Notes: generated from the letters alone by a model not told the origin. A DNA stretch of 64,000 bases from an uncultured Gammaproteobacteria bacterium (GCA_963797555.1 CAWCPV010000005.1:192001-256000); one strand, 5' to 3'; shown: positions 42,835 to 54,573, counted from the first letter of the stretch. Numbers and translations: made by a program.

Positions 42835-43146
42835 TCAGCGCTGCAGGCGTTTGAGGAACACCCGCATCTCCTTGGCCGCCTGCACGTCGCCTCGGGCCTC
42901 GGCCACCCTGATTCCGTGCTCGTATGCCCGGACTGCGTCCTCGGTCTTACCCACCGCTCCAAGGGCCTTGCCGTAAAGCTTCCACGCAGCGGAATAAGCG
43001 GGGTCGTGTTCTACCGCCCGTTGCAAATGAGCCACGGCCTTCTCCGGATCTCCCCGCTGCAAGTAAGCACTGCCCAGGCCGTAGCGCAGCGGGGCAGTGT
43101 CCTGGCCGCGCGCGAGCAGGGTCTCCAGATTGGAGATCACGTCCAC
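42835..43146 (-). CDS. Small tetratricopeptide repeat protein
   Basis: LRYGLGSAYL, DPAYSAAWKLYGKAL, AAKEMRVFLKRL. Confidence 0.85.
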   Translation of the reverse strand: MDVISNLETLLARGQDTAPLRYGLGSAYLQRGDPEKAVAHLQRAVEHDPAYSAAWKLYGKALGAVGKTEDAVRAYEHGIRVAEARGDVQAAKEMRVFLKRLQR

Positions 43147-43182
43147 GGTCTATCGCTCTTCCGGGCGACCAGCAGCGCTTCG

Positions 43183-43605
43183 TTACGCGAGCCCCGCCCC
43201 ATATTCCCCACTCGCTTCTCCTCGCGATAGGCCACGAGGCAAAGTGATGCGAGCATCCGCGAGCAAACCATGGTCGCGCAGCAAGAAGCCTGCGTTGAGC
43301 GGGCCACCGTCATCAACGTGGCACCGGGTAAAGGTCTGGTAGAACAGGAGCCCGTCCGGCCGCAAGGCTGCCGTCAAGTGCCCGGCCAGAGCGCATTCCA
43401 GGAAATGACTTACCACGATAACGTCGAAGCCGTCCACCCTTCGGCGGTCGGCCATCACGTTCCGCTCCTCGGTGAGAACCGTGAGCCCGAGCCCGCTCGC
43501 TGCCTGCCGCCAACGCTGCAGCGCGATGGAAGACCAGTCCCAGGCGTGGGTCGCCCGGTCGCGAGCCTCCCATTTCTGCCGAGCTGTCTCGATCGTCTCT
43601 TCCAT
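43183..43605 (-). pseudogene. Degraded class I SAM methyltransferase (TehB-like)
   Basis: FDVIVVSHFLE and LRPDGLLFYQTFT remain; the glycine-rich motif I is absent. Confidence 0.6.
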
Positions 43606-43871
43606 GGAGGTCACCGGCACCTGCGAAGCAGCGTGGACATAACGGAAGGGCTGAACGGCTCCAGCGGCTATGGCGCAGAAGCCTCCGCGAACGGTTGCGA
43701 GGACGAGGCACGTCACCGTTGACTTTGCGGCGATCCCGATAAAGACACCGGCTCAGCGTGCCTTGATCCGGCGTGCCAGCGACCGAAGCGCCGCGCAGGA
43801 TACGAGGCAAGGTCAATCCAAGACGCGGAACCGCACCGCACATCCGGGAAAGAACCGCCGTGCAAGCGGCA

Positions 43872-45248
43872 CTACAGGAACGTGACGCCGACCTGAAACA
43901 GCCGCTCCACATCCTCGACGTAACGCTTGTCCACCAGGAACAGGATCACGTGGTCTTCTGGCTGTACCACCGTATCGTGATGACAAATGATGACCTCGTC
44001 GCCCCGCAAGATCGCCGCGATGATGGTGCTTGCCGGCAGTCGAATGTCTTCGATGGCGCGGCCCACCACCTTGGAGGTCTTGGGGTCGCCGTGGGCGACG
44101 GCCTCAATGGCCTCGGCTGCGCCGCGGCGGAGGGAGTGGACCACCACAACGTCGCCGCGACGCACATGGGTCAGGAGGCTGCCAATCGTTGCTTGCTGGG
44201 GCGAGATGGCGATGTCGATGATGCTGCCGCTCTCCACCAACTCTACGTAGGCGGCACGATTGATGAGCGCCATCACTTTCCGTGCCCCTCGCCGCTTGGC
44301 GAGCATTGCGGACAGGATGTTGGCCTCGTCGTCGTTGGTGACGGCGCAGAACACGTCTGTGTTCTCGATGTTCTCCTCGATCAACAGATCCTCATCGGCA
44401 GCATCTCCGAGTAGGACGATAGCCTTGCCCAGTTGCTCCGAGATTAAGCGCGTGCGCTCTGGGTCGCGCTCAATGAGCTTGACCTGATAGTCGGTCTCCA
44501 GTGTCTTGGCGAGGTGCGTGCCTATATTGCCTCCGCCCGCAATGATGAGGCGCTTGACGGCCTTGTCGAGCTTGCGCAGCTCGCACATGACCGCCCGGAT
44601 GTGCTTCTTGGCGGCAATGAAGAAGACCTCATCCTCTACCTCGATGAAGGTTTCACCGGAGGGGATGATGGGCTGACCGCGCCGAAAAATAGCCGCAACG
44701 CGGGAATCGATGTTGGGCATGTGCTGCCGGAGTGTGCGCAACTGATGGCCGACCAGTGCCCCTCCCTCCACCGCCTTGACGGCAACTAGCTGGACTTTCC
44801 CACCGGCGAAGTCGAGCACTTGGAGTGCTCCCGGGTACTCGATCAACCGGCTGACATAGTCGGTAACGACTTGCTCCGGGCTGATCAGCACGTCGATGGG
44901 GATGGCCTCCTGCACGAACAGCTTGGGATAAGCCAGGTATTCCGATGCCCGGATGCGCGCGATCTTCGTAGGGGTGTGGAAAAGGGTGTAGGCGACCTGA
45001 CAGGCCACCATGTTGGTTTCGTCGCTGTTGGTGACGGCCAGCACCAAGTCGGCATCCTCGGCCCCGGCGCGTGCCAGAACCTCAGGGTGGGCCGCGTGGC
45101 CGACCACCGTGCGCAGGTCTAGTCGCTCGTGCAGAGCCTGGAGTCGGCGTGCGTCGGTGTCCACCACCGTAATGTCGTTGGCCTCGCTGACCAGGTTGGC
45201 AGCCACCGAGGCGCCGACTTGCCCCGCACCCAGGATGATGATCTTCAT
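43872..45248 (-). CDS. trkA: Trk potassium uptake NAD-binding subunit
   Basis: [31 protein letters not shown]. Confidence 0.97.
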   Translation of the reverse strand: MKIIILGAGQVGASVAANLVSEANDITVVDTDARRLQALHERLDLRTVVGHAAHPEVLARAGAEDADLVLAVTNSDETNMVACQVAYTLFHTPTKIARIRASEYLAYPKLFVQEAIPIDVLISPEQVVTDYVSRLIEYPGALQVLDFAGGKVQLVAVKAVEGGALVGHQLRTLRQHMPNIDSRVAAIFRRGQPIIPSGETFIEVEDEVFFIAAKKHIRAVMCELRKLDKAVKRLIIAGGGNIGTHLAKTLETDYQVKLIERDPERTRLISEQLGKAIVLLGDAADEDLLIEENIENTDVFCAVTNDDEANILSAMLAKRRGARKVMALINRAAYVELVESGSIIDIAISPQQATIGSLLTHVRRGDVVVVHSLRRGAAEAIEAVAHGDPKTSKVVGRAIEDIRLPASTIIAAILRGDEVIICHHDTVVQPEDHVILFLVDKRYVEDVERLFQVGVTFL

Positions 45249-45312
45249 GACTGTCGGGGATCGGACGCGGTGTGCCGCATCGCTTGAGGTGGGCGCGGCA
45301 GCGGAAACCTCG

Positions 45313-46692
45313 TTAGAGCCGATCGCTGGCCACGTGTTTGGCGTCGATACCGAGCGCGCGCAATTTGCGATAGAGGTGGGTGCGCTCCATTCCCGCCAGC
45401 TTCGCGACCTTGCCCACACTCCCGCCCGTTTGCCGCAACTGGTGCTCCAGATAGGCCTTCTCGAATTGCTCCCGCGCCGCCCGCAGCGGCAAGTCAAAGC
45501 TGCTGGCGGTCTCCGGAAGCTCCTTGCCCGGACGCTGAGCACCCAAGGCGGCGTCGACCTCGTCGAGATCGATGTCCGGACCTGCACCGAGGATCAGCAG
45601 CCGCTGTACCAGATTCTTGAGTTCGCGGACGTTCCCAGGCCAGGAATAGTGGCGCAGCCGATTCTGGGCGGCCACGCTGAAGTTGCGGTAAGGCAGGTTC
45701 TCCTGGGTAGCGAAGATGTTTACGTAGTAACCGAGCAGCTCCGGAACATCTTCGCTATGCTCGCGCAGCGGCGGTACCCGCAGCGGCACGACGTTCAGAT
45801 GGTAGTAAAGGTCCTCGCGGAAGCGCCCGGCGCGCACCTCCTGCTCCAGATCGCGGTGTGTGGCAGCGATGATGCGGGCATTCAGGCGCACCGACTCCTT
45901 GCCACCCACCCTTAGGAACAGGTGGCTCTGCAGCACACTCAGCAAACGTGCCTGAGTGACGGGATCCATGTCGGCGACCTCATCCAGGAACAAGGTCCCG
46001 CCGTTGGCCTGCTCCAGGCGTCCGAAGTAGACCTTGTCGCCTCCTTCTGCCCCGAATAGCTCCCGCGCGGAGTTCTCGCCGGCGATGCTCGCTACGCCAA
46101 CCACGACAAACGGGCCGTCGCGGCGCACGCTGGCGGCATGCAGGTAGCGAGCGAAGACCTCCTTGCCACTGCCCGATTCACCACTGATCAACACCCAGGT
46201 GTCGTGCTGGGCGATGCGCTTCACCTGCTCGCGCAGTCTCTGCATGACGAGACTCCGACCGATCGGCTCGTTCACGGGCAGGGCCTGGCGCCGAAGACTT
46301 ACGTTCTCGCGCTGCAGCCGGGAGCTCTCGAGGGCATTCTTCACTGTGACCAGAAGCTTACCCATGGACAGCGGCTTCTCGATGAAGTCATACGCGCCGA
46401 GCCGTGTCGCTTCCACTGCGGTTTCGATGGTGCCGTGCCCGGAAATCATGATGACCGGTACCCGCGCGCCTCCCTCCTCCTCCGACCATTCCTTGAGCAA
46501 AGAGATGCCGTCGATATCAGGCATCCAGATGTCCAGCAACACCAGATCGGGCCGATGCCGACGCCGCGCCTGCCGGGCCTCTTCGCCGTTCGCCGCGGCG
46601 CTGACCTCGTAGCCCTCGTCCTCGAGGATCTCCTTGAGCAGATTGCGGATGTCGGGCTCGTCATCCACGACCACGATGTGCTCCGCGCTCAT
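45313..46692 (-). CDS. ntrX: NtrX-like response regulator (REC-AAA-HTH)
   Basis: [46 protein letters not shown]. Confidence 0.9.
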   Translation of the reverse strand: MSAEHIVVVDDEPDIRNLLKEILEDEGYEVSAAANGEEARQARRRHRPDLVLLDIWMPDIDGISLLKEWSEEEGGARVPVIMISGHGTIETAVEATRLGAYDFIEKPLSMGKLLVTVKNALESSRLQRENVSLRRQALPVNEPIGRSLVMQRLREQVKRIAQHDTWVLISGESGSGKEVFARYLHAASVRRDGPFVVVGVASIAGENSARELFGAEGGDKVYFGRLEQANGGTLFLDEVADMDPVTQARLLSVLQSHLFLRVGGKESVRLNARIIAATHRDLEQEVRAGRFREDLYYHLNVVPLRVPPLREHSEDVPELLGYYVNIFATQENLPYRNFSVAAQNRLRHYSWPGNVRELKNLVQRLLILGAGPDIDLDEVDAALGAQRPGKELPETASSFDLPLRAAREQFEKAYLEHQLRQTGGSVGKVAKLAGMERTHLYRKLRALGIDAKHVASDRL

Positions 46693-48905
46693 GTAGTCTC
46701 CTCCTTGGATTGGGCGGTGTCGGTGCTGGGTGATTCTGGCTGTTTAACCGCAAAGCGTATAACAACGGATGTCCCGCCGCCAGTGAGGTTCTCGGCCCAG
46801 AGGACGCCGCCATGTTCCTCGACGATCTTCTTGACGATGGCGAGGCCGAGTCCGGTTCCCTTGGGCTTGCTGGTCACGTAGGGCTCGAAAACGTGGGCGA
46901 GAAGACTGTCCGGAATGCCGGGGCCGTTGTCTTCCACCCGTAACTCCGCGAACCGACAATGGAGACCCGGGATGCAACGAGTGACCACCTTGAGCATGGC
47001 GGCGTCACGGCCCTCCAGCGCTTCTAGGGCATTCTTCACCAAGTTGTGGAGCACTTGCCTCAGTCGCCCGGGGTCGGCCTCCACCGTGGGTGACTCGCTG
47101 GCCAGCTCAGTGAGCAAGCTGACTTGGCCTGCCTGCTCTTGGTAGAGGTCCAGAACCTCCCTCACGAGGTCATTAAGATCGACGGGTTGCCACTTGAGCT
47201 GGGGGGTGCGTGCGTAATCGGAGAAGGCGTTGACCATTTCCTTCAGCACTTTGACCTGCTGGACGATGGTATGGGTCAGGCGGTCCAGCAGCTCGCCTTC
47301 ACCCGCTTCTAGCCGCTTCAGGTACTTGTGCCGCAACCGCTCCGCCGAGAGCTGTATGGGGGTCAAGGGATTCTTGATTTCGTGGGCGAGGCGGCGCGCC
47401 ACCTCGCTCCAAGCGGCATCGCGCTGGGCCTGCACCAGGGCCGTAATGTCGTCGAACACAATCACATAACCGGCGCTCATCTCACCGACGCCCGGCAGGT
47501 ACGAGCCGCGACACAGCAGCACTTGGTGCTGGCGTCCCAACAGCACGACCTCGGCCGCCCAGTCTTGGATCATACGCGACAGCTGTGGCAGCGAGGTCTC
47601 CACGAATGGCTGCAGGTGAGGCTGCAGACGGGAGAGATGCCCGAGCGGCTCGTCCAGCCTTGCGTGAAGGTCTACGCCGAGGATTTGGCTGGCGGCAGCA
47701 TTTGCCGTGCGTAGCACGTGCCGCATGTCGACGGTTACCACGCCGGACGAGAGGTGCGCAAGGATGGCTTCCAGATAGGCGCGTTCCCGCTCCAGCTGTT
47801 GCTGGCTGCGGCGGGCGTCGTCCCGCGCCCGGGCAAGCTCGCGCGTCATGACGTTGAAAGACTGCACCAAGAAGCCTAGATCGTCACGGCTCGAAACGGG
47901 AAGCTGAGTGTCATAGTCCCCGGCGGCTACGGCGCGCGTTCCCTGCGCTAGGTCGCCGATGGGTGCGACCAAGCGCCGGGCGGCGAAGAACGCTACCCAG
48001 ACCGCTGCCAACGCGCTGAGCAACAGGACCAGGGATAGCGTGAGCGTAAAGCTGAACTTCAGTGGCTCGCGCAGATACACCAGCTCCCGATACTGCGCAT
48101 AAGCCGACTGGACATTCTCCGCCAGGGTGCTCATACGCTCCGCGATGGGGTAAAGCGCCTGCAGCAGAAGCATGTCGCCGGACGGTTGGGCACGCCCTAC
48201 CGGCACCACGACACGCACATTCAGGCCAGCGCCACGGATCAGATCCAGGCCGGCGTATGTGTGCCCTTGGCGAAGCTGCAGTAGTACGGCGTCGGGTGTG
48301 CGGTCAGGGACGATGCGCGTCGGATCGGCCAAGCTCGAGGCGATCACCCGCCCCTTGTCCGTCAACAAAGTGAGCTCGTAGACCTCGCTACGGCTGCGCA
48401 ACTCGTTCAAGGTGAGGGGGGCCAGGTCCTCGGACGTGCCGTCCAGCTCGGCGGCCATGCCCTCGGTCTGCTTCAATGTTTCCCGCATACTCATGTCCAG
48501 GGCAGCACGGCTCAGATCAAGTGCGTCGGTGAGCGAGCGGTCGACCTGCACATCGAACCAGCTGTCTATCGAGCGCTGCAGGAACTGCAGGGAGAAGTAA
48601 TACACGACGCCGACGGGGGCCAGCGCGATAAGCGCGAAGACCAATACGAGCCGGGCCGTGAGGCGCGAGCCGGGCGCACGTCGCCGGTAGTCGCGTACGG
48701 TCTGGTAAAGGTTTGTTGAGATGAGACCGAGCAGGACGACGAGGCCGAGGAGGTTGAGGACCAGCAGGTAGGAATATAGGCGCCCGAAACGGGCCGAGTT
48801 CTGCGTCGCGTCGCCCATAAGATAGAGCAACGTCAGCAGCAGCCCGGTCAGGGCCAGGAAGGCAACGAAGCCGCGCAGATGCGGTCTTAGGGTTGCAGAG
48901 GCCAT
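46689..48905 (-). CDS. ntrY: NtrY-like sensor histidine kinase (HAMP-PAS-HK)
   Basis: AWSEVARRLAHEIKNPLTPIQLSAERL, DNGPG, GTGLGL. Confidence 0.92.
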   Translation of the reverse strand: MASATLRPHLRGFVAFLALTGLLLTLLYLMGDATQNSARFGRLYSYLLVLNLLGLVVLLGLISTNLYQTVRDYRRRAPGSRLTARLVLVFALIALAPVGVVYYFSLQFLQRSIDSWFDVQVDRSLTDALDLSRAALDMSMRETLKQTEGMAAELDGTSEDLAPLTLNELRSRSEVYELTLLTDKGRVIASSLADPTRIVPDRTPDAVLLQLRQGHTYAGLDLIRGAGLNVRVVVPVGRAQPSGDMLLLQALYPIAERMSTLAENVQSAYAQYRELVYLREPLKFSFTLTLSLVLLLSALAAVWVAFFAARRLVAPIGDLAQGTRAVAAGDYDTQLPVSSRDDLGFLVQSFNVMTRELARARDDARRSQQQLERERAYLEAILAHLSSGVVTVDMRHVLRTANAAASQILGVDLHARLDEPLGHLSRLQPHLQPFVETSLPQLSRMIQDWAAEVVLLGRQHQVLLCRGSYLPGVGEMSAGYVIVFDDITALVQAQRDAAWSEVARRLAHEIKNPLTPIQLSAERLRHKYLKRLEAGEGELLDRLTHTIVQQVKVLKEMVNAFSDYARTPQLKWQPVDLNDLVREVLDLYQEQAGQVSLLTELASESPTVEADPGRLRQVLHNLVKNALEALEGRDAAMLKVVTRCIPGLHCRFAELRVEDNGPGIPDSLLAHVFEPYVTSKPKGTGLGLAIVKKIVEEHGGVLWAENLTGGGTSVVIRFAVKQPESPSTDTAQSKEETT

Positions 48906-49447
48906 GAGTACCAGTCGCTGCTGAGGTGCCAGTCCCGCGACAGATAGGCGAGCGGCCGCAGCGGAGCCGGCAGCGATTCGATATCCAGCAGCACCCGCAG
49001 GTGAGCGTGATAGTCTTCTCCGGGGCGCAAGACACTGTGGTCGAGCATCGGGAAGTCCCTAAGCTGACCCAAGGCTTGCAGGGCCGCCCGAAGCGTGGGG
49101 TAGCCTTCAGACACGCCGGTATTCAGGTTGTTAACCAAGTACTGCTGGGTCAATGGGTGATAGCGGATCTGGTAGCGTTGCTTAAGGGCCGCAACAGTTT
49201 CGTCCCAGAGGAAACGGCGTGACCGTGTGACCTCGATCTTCAGCTCCAGCGTCAGGGGCACGCCGTTATGCAGCGCGTCCAATGCCTTCGGGGTCAGCGC
49301 ATAGTCGATGTGGGCATCCAGGAGGTATACATTACCGACCAGCCGGGTGCTGGCACGGTCAACAGTCAGTTCTTGGCAGTGGACCGCAGAGGCATACGCC
49401 CACAGGCAGCAAAGCAGTGCACCGCACTGGGATAGCCACCGCGTCAT
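48887..49447 (-). CDS. DUF4390 family exported protein
   Basis: Signal peptide; ALHNGVPL, LDIESLPAPLR; lies between rsmB and ntrY. Confidence 0.85.
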   Translation of the reverse strand: MTRWLSQCGALLCCLWAYASAVHCQELTVDRASTRLVGNVYLLDAHIDYALTPKALDALHNGVPLTLELKIEVTRSRRFLWDETVAALKQRYQIRYHPLTQQYLVNNLNTGVSEGYPTLRAALQALGQLRDFPMLDHSVLRPGEDYHAHLRVLLDIESLPAPLRPLAYLSRDWHLSSDWYSWPLQP

Positions 49448-50769
49448 GTCTTCTCCAAACGGGCGTAGTAAAAACCGTCCATGTCGTCGTCGCCGGGCAG
49501 GATTTGACGACCCACGGGGCCCGCCCTCCCCCACTCCGCCACGATGGGAACCTCCTTGGCATCTGGGTGCGTTCGCAGAAATTCGGTTACCTGGCCCACG
49601 TTCTCCTCTGGCAGGATGGAGCAGGTCGCGTAGACGAGCCGCCCCCCCCGCCTGAGGAGGGCCCAGACCGCGTCCAGCAGATCCCGTTGCTGCCGCACCG
49701 ATGCCGCAATGTCACTGGGCCTTCTCAATAACTTGATGTCTGGGTGACGCCGGATGACCCCGGTGCCGGAGCACGGGGCATCGAGCAGTATGCGGTCAAA
49801 GGTGCGACCGTCCCACCAGCCAGCGGGGTGGGCCGCGTCGCCTTGTACGACCGTTGCCTGCAGGTTCAAGCGCCTGAGGTTTTGCTTCAGCCGCTCGACT
49901 CTGACTGCGTCACGCTCCACCGCCCACAGCTCCCCGAGCCCGGCCTGGGTCTCCAGGATGTGGCAGGTCTTGCCCCCGGGGGCCGCGCATGCGTCCAGGA
50001 CACGCTCCCCCCCCTCGGCCGCGAGGAGCTCCGCCGCCAGCTGTGAAGCCCCGTCTTGGACCGACACCAGACCGTCCCTGAAGCCGGGCAACTCCTGTAC
50101 ATCGACTGGTCGGACCAACTCCAGTGCCTGGGGCGCTTCGGCGAGTGCCCTGGCCTCGACCCCGGCGGCACGCAGCTTTTCCAGGTAATGCACGCGGTCC
50201 TGGCGATGCGCGGCCACCCGAAGCGTCATGGGGGCCTGCTCGTTGTTGGCGTGCAGCACCGCTGCGGCCGCCTCCGGCCACGCAGCGCGGATGCGCTCGA
50301 CCAACCACGCAGGATGGGCCGTTGCACCCTCCGGTTGTGAGCGGACGGCCGAGAGAAGGCGGTCCCGGTCACGCAGGTACGCGCGCAAGACGCCGTTGAC
50401 CAGCGTTGCTGCCCAGGGTTTGGCAAGCTGAGTCACCGCCGCCACTGTCTCAGACACCGCCGCATAAGTGGGTATCCCGGTGTGAGCGAGTTGGTAGAGC
50501 CCGACCAGCAACAGACCGTAAACATCGCGGTCCCGAGCCCGCAGCGGCTTGGGAAGCAAGAGTGCGAGCAGCACCTGCAGCTGGGGGTACCAGCGTAGGG
50601 TACCGTACGAGAGGGCGGTCGCTAGGGGACGCCGAGCCAACGGGACGGCCGGCAGCGCGGCAGCCAGCGCCGCGTCCAGGGACTTCCCGTTGCCGAGCAC
50701 CTCCACGATCACCACAGCGGCTACAGCGCGCTCGCCGGGTGCTTCGGGGCTCCGTCGCTGCGACTGCAA
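49444..50769 (-). CDS. rsmB: 16S rRNA m5C967 methyltransferase
   Basis: LDACAAPGGKT, DAPCSGTGVIRRHPD, YATCS, DGFYYA; start uncertain. Confidence 0.95.
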   Translation of the reverse strand: MQSQRRSPEAPGERAVAAVVIVEVLGNGKSLDAALAAALPAVPLARRPLATALSYGTLRWYPQLQVLLALLLPKPLRARDRDVYGLLLVGLYQLAHTGIPTYAAVSETVAAVTQLAKPWAATLVNGVLRAYLRDRDRLLSAVRSQPEGATAHPAWLVERIRAAWPEAAAAVLHANNEQAPMTLRVAAHRQDRVHYLEKLRAAGVEARALAEAPQALELVRPVDVQELPGFRDGLVSVQDGASQLAAELLAAEGGERVLDACAAPGGKTCHILETQAGLGELWAVERDAVRVERLKQNLRRLNLQATVVQGDAAHPAGWWDGRTFDRILLDAPCSGTGVIRRHPDIKLLRRPSDIAASVRQQRDLLDAVWALLRRGGRLVYATCSILPEENVGQVTEFLRTHPDAKEVPIVAEWGRAGPVGRQILPGDDDMDGFYYARLEKT

Positions 50770-50810
50770 CGAAATGCACGCACGCGGCGCGCGTCCTGCT
50801 GCCAAACGGA

Positions 50811-51767
50811 TCAACCTCCAGTGCCGCCCGTCGAGGCGAGCCGACGGGTTCGCAACAACCTTCCATCGAGAAACTCTGCCGCAGTCATGATGCGGCCTCC
50901 CGACAGCTGGACCTTCAACAGGCGCAAAGTGCCCGCGCTGGTAGCTACGTCTATCGCGCGGCGGCTGACATCGACGATGGTTCCAGGCTCCGCCGCAGGT
51001 CCTTCCGCTTCTTCCGCCTGCCACACGCGCAACGTCCGATCGCCCATCTCGGTGTAGGTGACCGGCCAGGGGTTGAAGGCCCGCACCTTCCGCTCCAGGT
51101 CCGCGGCCGGCCGCTTCCAGTCTAAGCGGGCTTGGTCTTTGGTGATCTTGGGGGCATAAGTCGCCCGCTCCCGATCTTGGGGGATCGCGGTGAGAGTCCC
51201 ATCCGCCAACTTGGGCAAGGCAGTCAGCAACGTTTCGGCACCAAGGCGCGCCAAGCGGTCGTGCAGAGTCCCTGCAGTGTCTTCAGGCAGGACCGGGCAA
51301 CGGGCCTGGGCCAGGACCGGGCCCGTATCGAGGCCGGCATCCATCTGCATCAGGGTAATGCCGGTCTCGGACTCCCCTGCCAGCAGCGTGTGTTGTATCG
51401 GAGCAGCGCCCCGCCAACGCGGCAATAGGGATGCATGAACGTTGATGCACCCCAAGCGAGGGGCCTCGAGCACCGGAACCGGCAGAAGGAGTCCGTAAGC
51501 GGCGACCACCATGAGGTCGGCGGCCAGCTCGCGCAGTCGACGCTGCTCCGCCGCCGACTTCAGGGAAACGGGCTGAAATGCCGGCAGACCACAATGCGTC
51601 GCCAGTTGCTTGACAGGACTTGCCTGCAGGCGGCGGCCGCGGCCTCCGGGCCGATCGGGCTGCGTATAGACGGCGCAGATTGCGTAGCCGGCCGCGAGCA
51701 AAGCATCCAAAGACACAGCCGCAAACCGGGGTGTGCCGGCAAAGATAAGTCTTAGGGGTCTGGGCAC
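50811..51767 (-). CDS. fmt: Methionyl-tRNA formyltransferase
   Basis: FAGTP, YTQPDRP, NVHASLLPRWRGAAPI, GLDTG. Confidence 0.97.
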   Translation of the reverse strand: MPRPLRLIFAGTPRFAAVSLDALLAAGYAICAVYTQPDRPGGRGRRLQASPVKQLATHCGLPAFQPVSLKSAAEQRRLRELAADLMVVAAYGLLLPVPVLEAPRLGCINVHASLLPRWRGAAPIQHTLLAGESETGITLMQMDAGLDTGPVLAQARCPVLPEDTAGTLHDRLARLGAETLLTALPKLADGTLTAIPQDRERATYAPKITKDQARLDWKRPAADLERKVRAFNPWPVTYTEMGDRTLRVWQAEEAEGPAAEPGTIVDVSRRAIDVATSAGTLRLLKVQLSGGRIMTAAEFLDGRLLRTRRLASTGGTGG

Positions 51768-51803
51768 CGCTCGGATACGGACGGGAGGGGATGACGGATA
51801 GGC

Positions 51804-52314
51804 CTACAACGCCACCGGGCCCTGCCGCCGCCGCTTCTCCAGCTTTTTGCGGATGCGGCCTGCCTTCATCGGGGAGAGGTAATCCACGAACAGCTTGCCG
51901 TTCAAGTGGTCGACCTCGTGCTGGATACAGACCGCGAGGAGTCCGCTCGCCTCCACCTGGAAGGGTTTGCCGTTAACGTCGAGAGCCCGCACCGTCACCC
52001 GCTGCGCACGGGTGACGGGCTCGAAGATCCCGGGCACCGAGAGGCATCCTTCCTCCGTCTCCTCCACGCCGTCGCGGCTCACGATCTCTGGGTTGACGAG
52101 GCACAACGGTGCGTCCCTGCCCTCGGAGACGTCGATGACCACCATGCGCTTCGCGACGTCTCACCTGGATGGCTGCGAGACCGACCCCCGGCGCATCGTA
52201 CATGGTCTCGAACATGCTATCGATAACGTGCCGCAGCTCTCGGTCCACTTCGGCGACCGGTTCAGCCTTGCGTCGAAGCCGTCCATCGGGAAACTGCAAA
52301 ATTTCAAGTAGCAT
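51804..52314 (-). CDS. def: Peptide deformylase, +1 frameshift near 52162
   Basis: GVGLAAIQV in one frame; EGCLS and QHEVDHLNG in the next. Confidence 0.93.
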
Positions 52315-52439
52315 ATTCCTGAGCTGGACCCTGGATGGTGCGCAAAAAATACTGGTATAGTCATAATGATACTTATACCAGGCAGGTTGTGCCATCCCTG
52401 GGGGGCGCGTTCCTTTTCAACACACGGGGGAGAGGGGAT

Positions 52440-53462
52440 ATGGCAGTGCGAAAGTGGTGGGGATTGCTGTTGGGCTGCGTGCTTGCCGTAGCGTATGGGC
52501 AACAAGTGGTGCTTAATCCGGACCATCCTGACCGGTATGTGGTGAAGCAAGGCGATACGCTGTGGGATATCGCCGGGCGGTTCCTCAAAGAACCTTGGCG
52601 TTGGCGTGAAATCTGGCGTGATAATCCGCAGATTGCCAACCCGCACTGGATCTATCCCGGAGACACCCTGGTGTTGCGCCAAGGGGCTTCGGGGCCCTCC
52701 GTGGAGCTGCAGCGGGGACGGAGCGAGGTCAAGCTGTCTCCGCAGGTCCAAGCGATTCCGCTCCCACGACCTATTCCCACGGTTCCCCTGGACGTGGTGG
52801 GCCCGTTTCTGATTCAGCCGCTGGTGGTGAGCCAGAGCCAGCTGCACCGCGCCGCTTACGTCGTCGGAAATCCTAACGGTCGGCTTGTAGTTGGGACCGG
52901 CGACAAAGTCTACGTGCGCGGGATAGACGAGTTCGAGGGAACTAACTTCCGCATCTTCCGCGCGGGCGACGTGTTCCGAGACCCCTCGACTCGGGAGGTA
53001 TTGGGCTACGAGGCCGTGCACGTTGCAGATGGCAAGCTGGTCCGTTCCGATGGTCTGGCGAGTCTCGTCATCACGGATGCGTTAATGGGTATACACCCCG
53101 GTGACCGGGTCCTACCGGCCGATGAGACCGAGCCCGACACCTCATTCCTGCCGCGACCGCCCGCCATGCCCGTGGAGGGGCGCGTCATCGCCATTCCCGA
53201 CGGGAGCCCGTACGTGGGGCGGTACGGCGTCGTAGTAGTAGATTTGGGGCAGGGCGATGGGGTGGAGGTGGGTGACGTGCTGGCGGTCGACCAATCCGGC
53301 GAGACCGTGCATGACCCCGTCAGGGGGGGCCGAGTGAGGCTCCCCGATGAGCACGCTGGACTCGTAATGCTCTTTCGGGTCTTCGACCGGGTGAGTTACG
53401 GTCTGGTGATGCAGGCGACGCGTGAGATGAGTGTGCGGGACGTCGTCACGAATCCAGACTGA
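52440..53462 (+). CDS. LysM domain exported protein (TsaP-like)
   Basis: YVVKQGDTLWDIA...NPHWIYPGD; lies between def and dprA. Confidence 0.9.
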   Translation: MAVRKWWGLLLGCVLAVAYGQQVVLNPDHPDRYVVKQGDTLWDIAGRFLKEPWRWREIWRDNPQIANPHWIYPGDTLVLRQGASGPSVELQRGRSEVKLSPQVQAIPLPRPIPTVPLDVVGPFLIQPLVVSQSQLHRAAYVVGNPNGRLVVGTGDKVYVRGIDEFEGTNFRIFRAGDVFRDPSTREVLGYEAVHVADGKLVRSDGLASLVITDALMGIHPGDRVLPADETEPDTSFLPRPPAMPVEGRVIAIPDGSPYVGRYGVVVVDLGQGDGVEVGDVLAVDQSGETVHDPVRGGRVRLPDEHAGLVMLFRVFDRVSYGLVMQATREMSVRDVVTNPD

Positions 53463-53469
53463 ACCTGGG

Positions 53470-54573
53470 GTGCAGGACCTCGCCTATTGGGTGGCCTTGC
53501 ACCGGACACCGGGGGTCGGCCCGCGCGCATTCGGGCGCCTCCTGGAGCGTTACCGGGTTCCACGGGCCGTTTTCGATGCGGGCGACGCGGAGCTGGCGCA
53601 GGCGGGTGTCGGTGACCGTTCGCTGGCCTACCTGCGTCATCCGGACTGGCGCGCCGTGGAGCGGGCCCTCGCCTGGTCGGAGGCACCTAACCAACACATC
53701 GTACATCTGCGGCACGCGTCCTATCCGGCGCTGCTCGCCGAGATAGTAGATCCGCCGCCGTTGCTCTACGTTCGGGGTGACGTGACTGTCCTGGCGAGGC
53801 CGCAGCTCGCGATGGTGGGGAGCCGGAATCCCTCCCCGTCTGGCGAGGAGAATGCGTACCGCTTTGCCAGGAGCCTGACGCAGGCCGGCCTAACGATTAC
53901 CAGTGGGCTGGCCGTAGGAATAGACGGTGCCAGTCATCGCGGAGCGTTGGCGGGGAACGGGGCCACCATCGCGGTTGCCGGTACCGGTGTGGATCGGGTG
54001 TATCCCGCGTGCCACGCCGACCTGGCGGAGCAGATCACCCGCCGGGGAGCGATCATCTCCGAGTTGCCGCTGGGGGCCGCACCGGCCGCGCGCAACTTCC
54101 CGCGGCGTAACCGCATCATCAGCGGACTTTGCCTCGGTGTGCTCGTGGTCGAAGCCGCGCGCCACAGCGGCTCTCTCATCACCGCACGCTTGGCGGCGGA
54201 ACAGGGGCGGGAGGTGTTCGCCATCCCCGGCTCTATCCACAACCCGCTGTCGCGCGGCTGCCATGCCTTGCTCCGCGAGGGCGCCAAGCTGGTTGAGACG
54301 GCTCAGGACATACTCGAGGAGCTGCCGGGTTTCCGCGAGAATGCGGTGCCCGAGGAGACCGCTCCCTCGGGGAACGACCGCGAAAGATTGCCGGTCGAAT
54401 GGCAAAGCCTGCTCGACCAGATGGGTTTCGACCCCGTTCCCGTGGACGAGTTGGTGGAGCGGTGCGGATTGACGGCGGAGACCGTTTCCTCCATGCTTTT
54501 GGTGCTTGAGTTACAGGGCCATGTGTCCTCCATGGCAGGTGGCCTGTACGCCCGCCGCGGCAAGAGGGCCTGA
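53470..54573 (+). CDS. dprA: DNA processing protein DprA
   Basis: VGSR, SGLAVGIDG, FPRRNRIISG, SGSLITA, GREVFAIPGSI. Confidence 0.96.
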   Translation: MQDLAYWVALHRTPGVGPRAFGRLLERYRVPRAVFDAGDAELAQAGVGDRSLAYLRHPDWRAVERALAWSEAPNQHIVHLRHASYPALLAEIVDPPPLLYVRGDVTVLARPQLAMVGSRNPSPSGEENAYRFARSLTQAGLTITSGLAVGIDGASHRGALAGNGATIAVAGTGVDRVYPACHADLAEQITRRGAIISELPLGAAPAARNFPRRNRIISGLCLGVLVVEAARHSGSLITARLAAEQGREVFAIPGSIHNPLSRGCHALLREGAKLVETAQDILEELPGFRENAVPEETAPSGNDRERLPVEWQSLLDQMGFDPVPVDELVERCGLTAETVSSMLLVLELQGHVSSMAGGLYARRGKRA

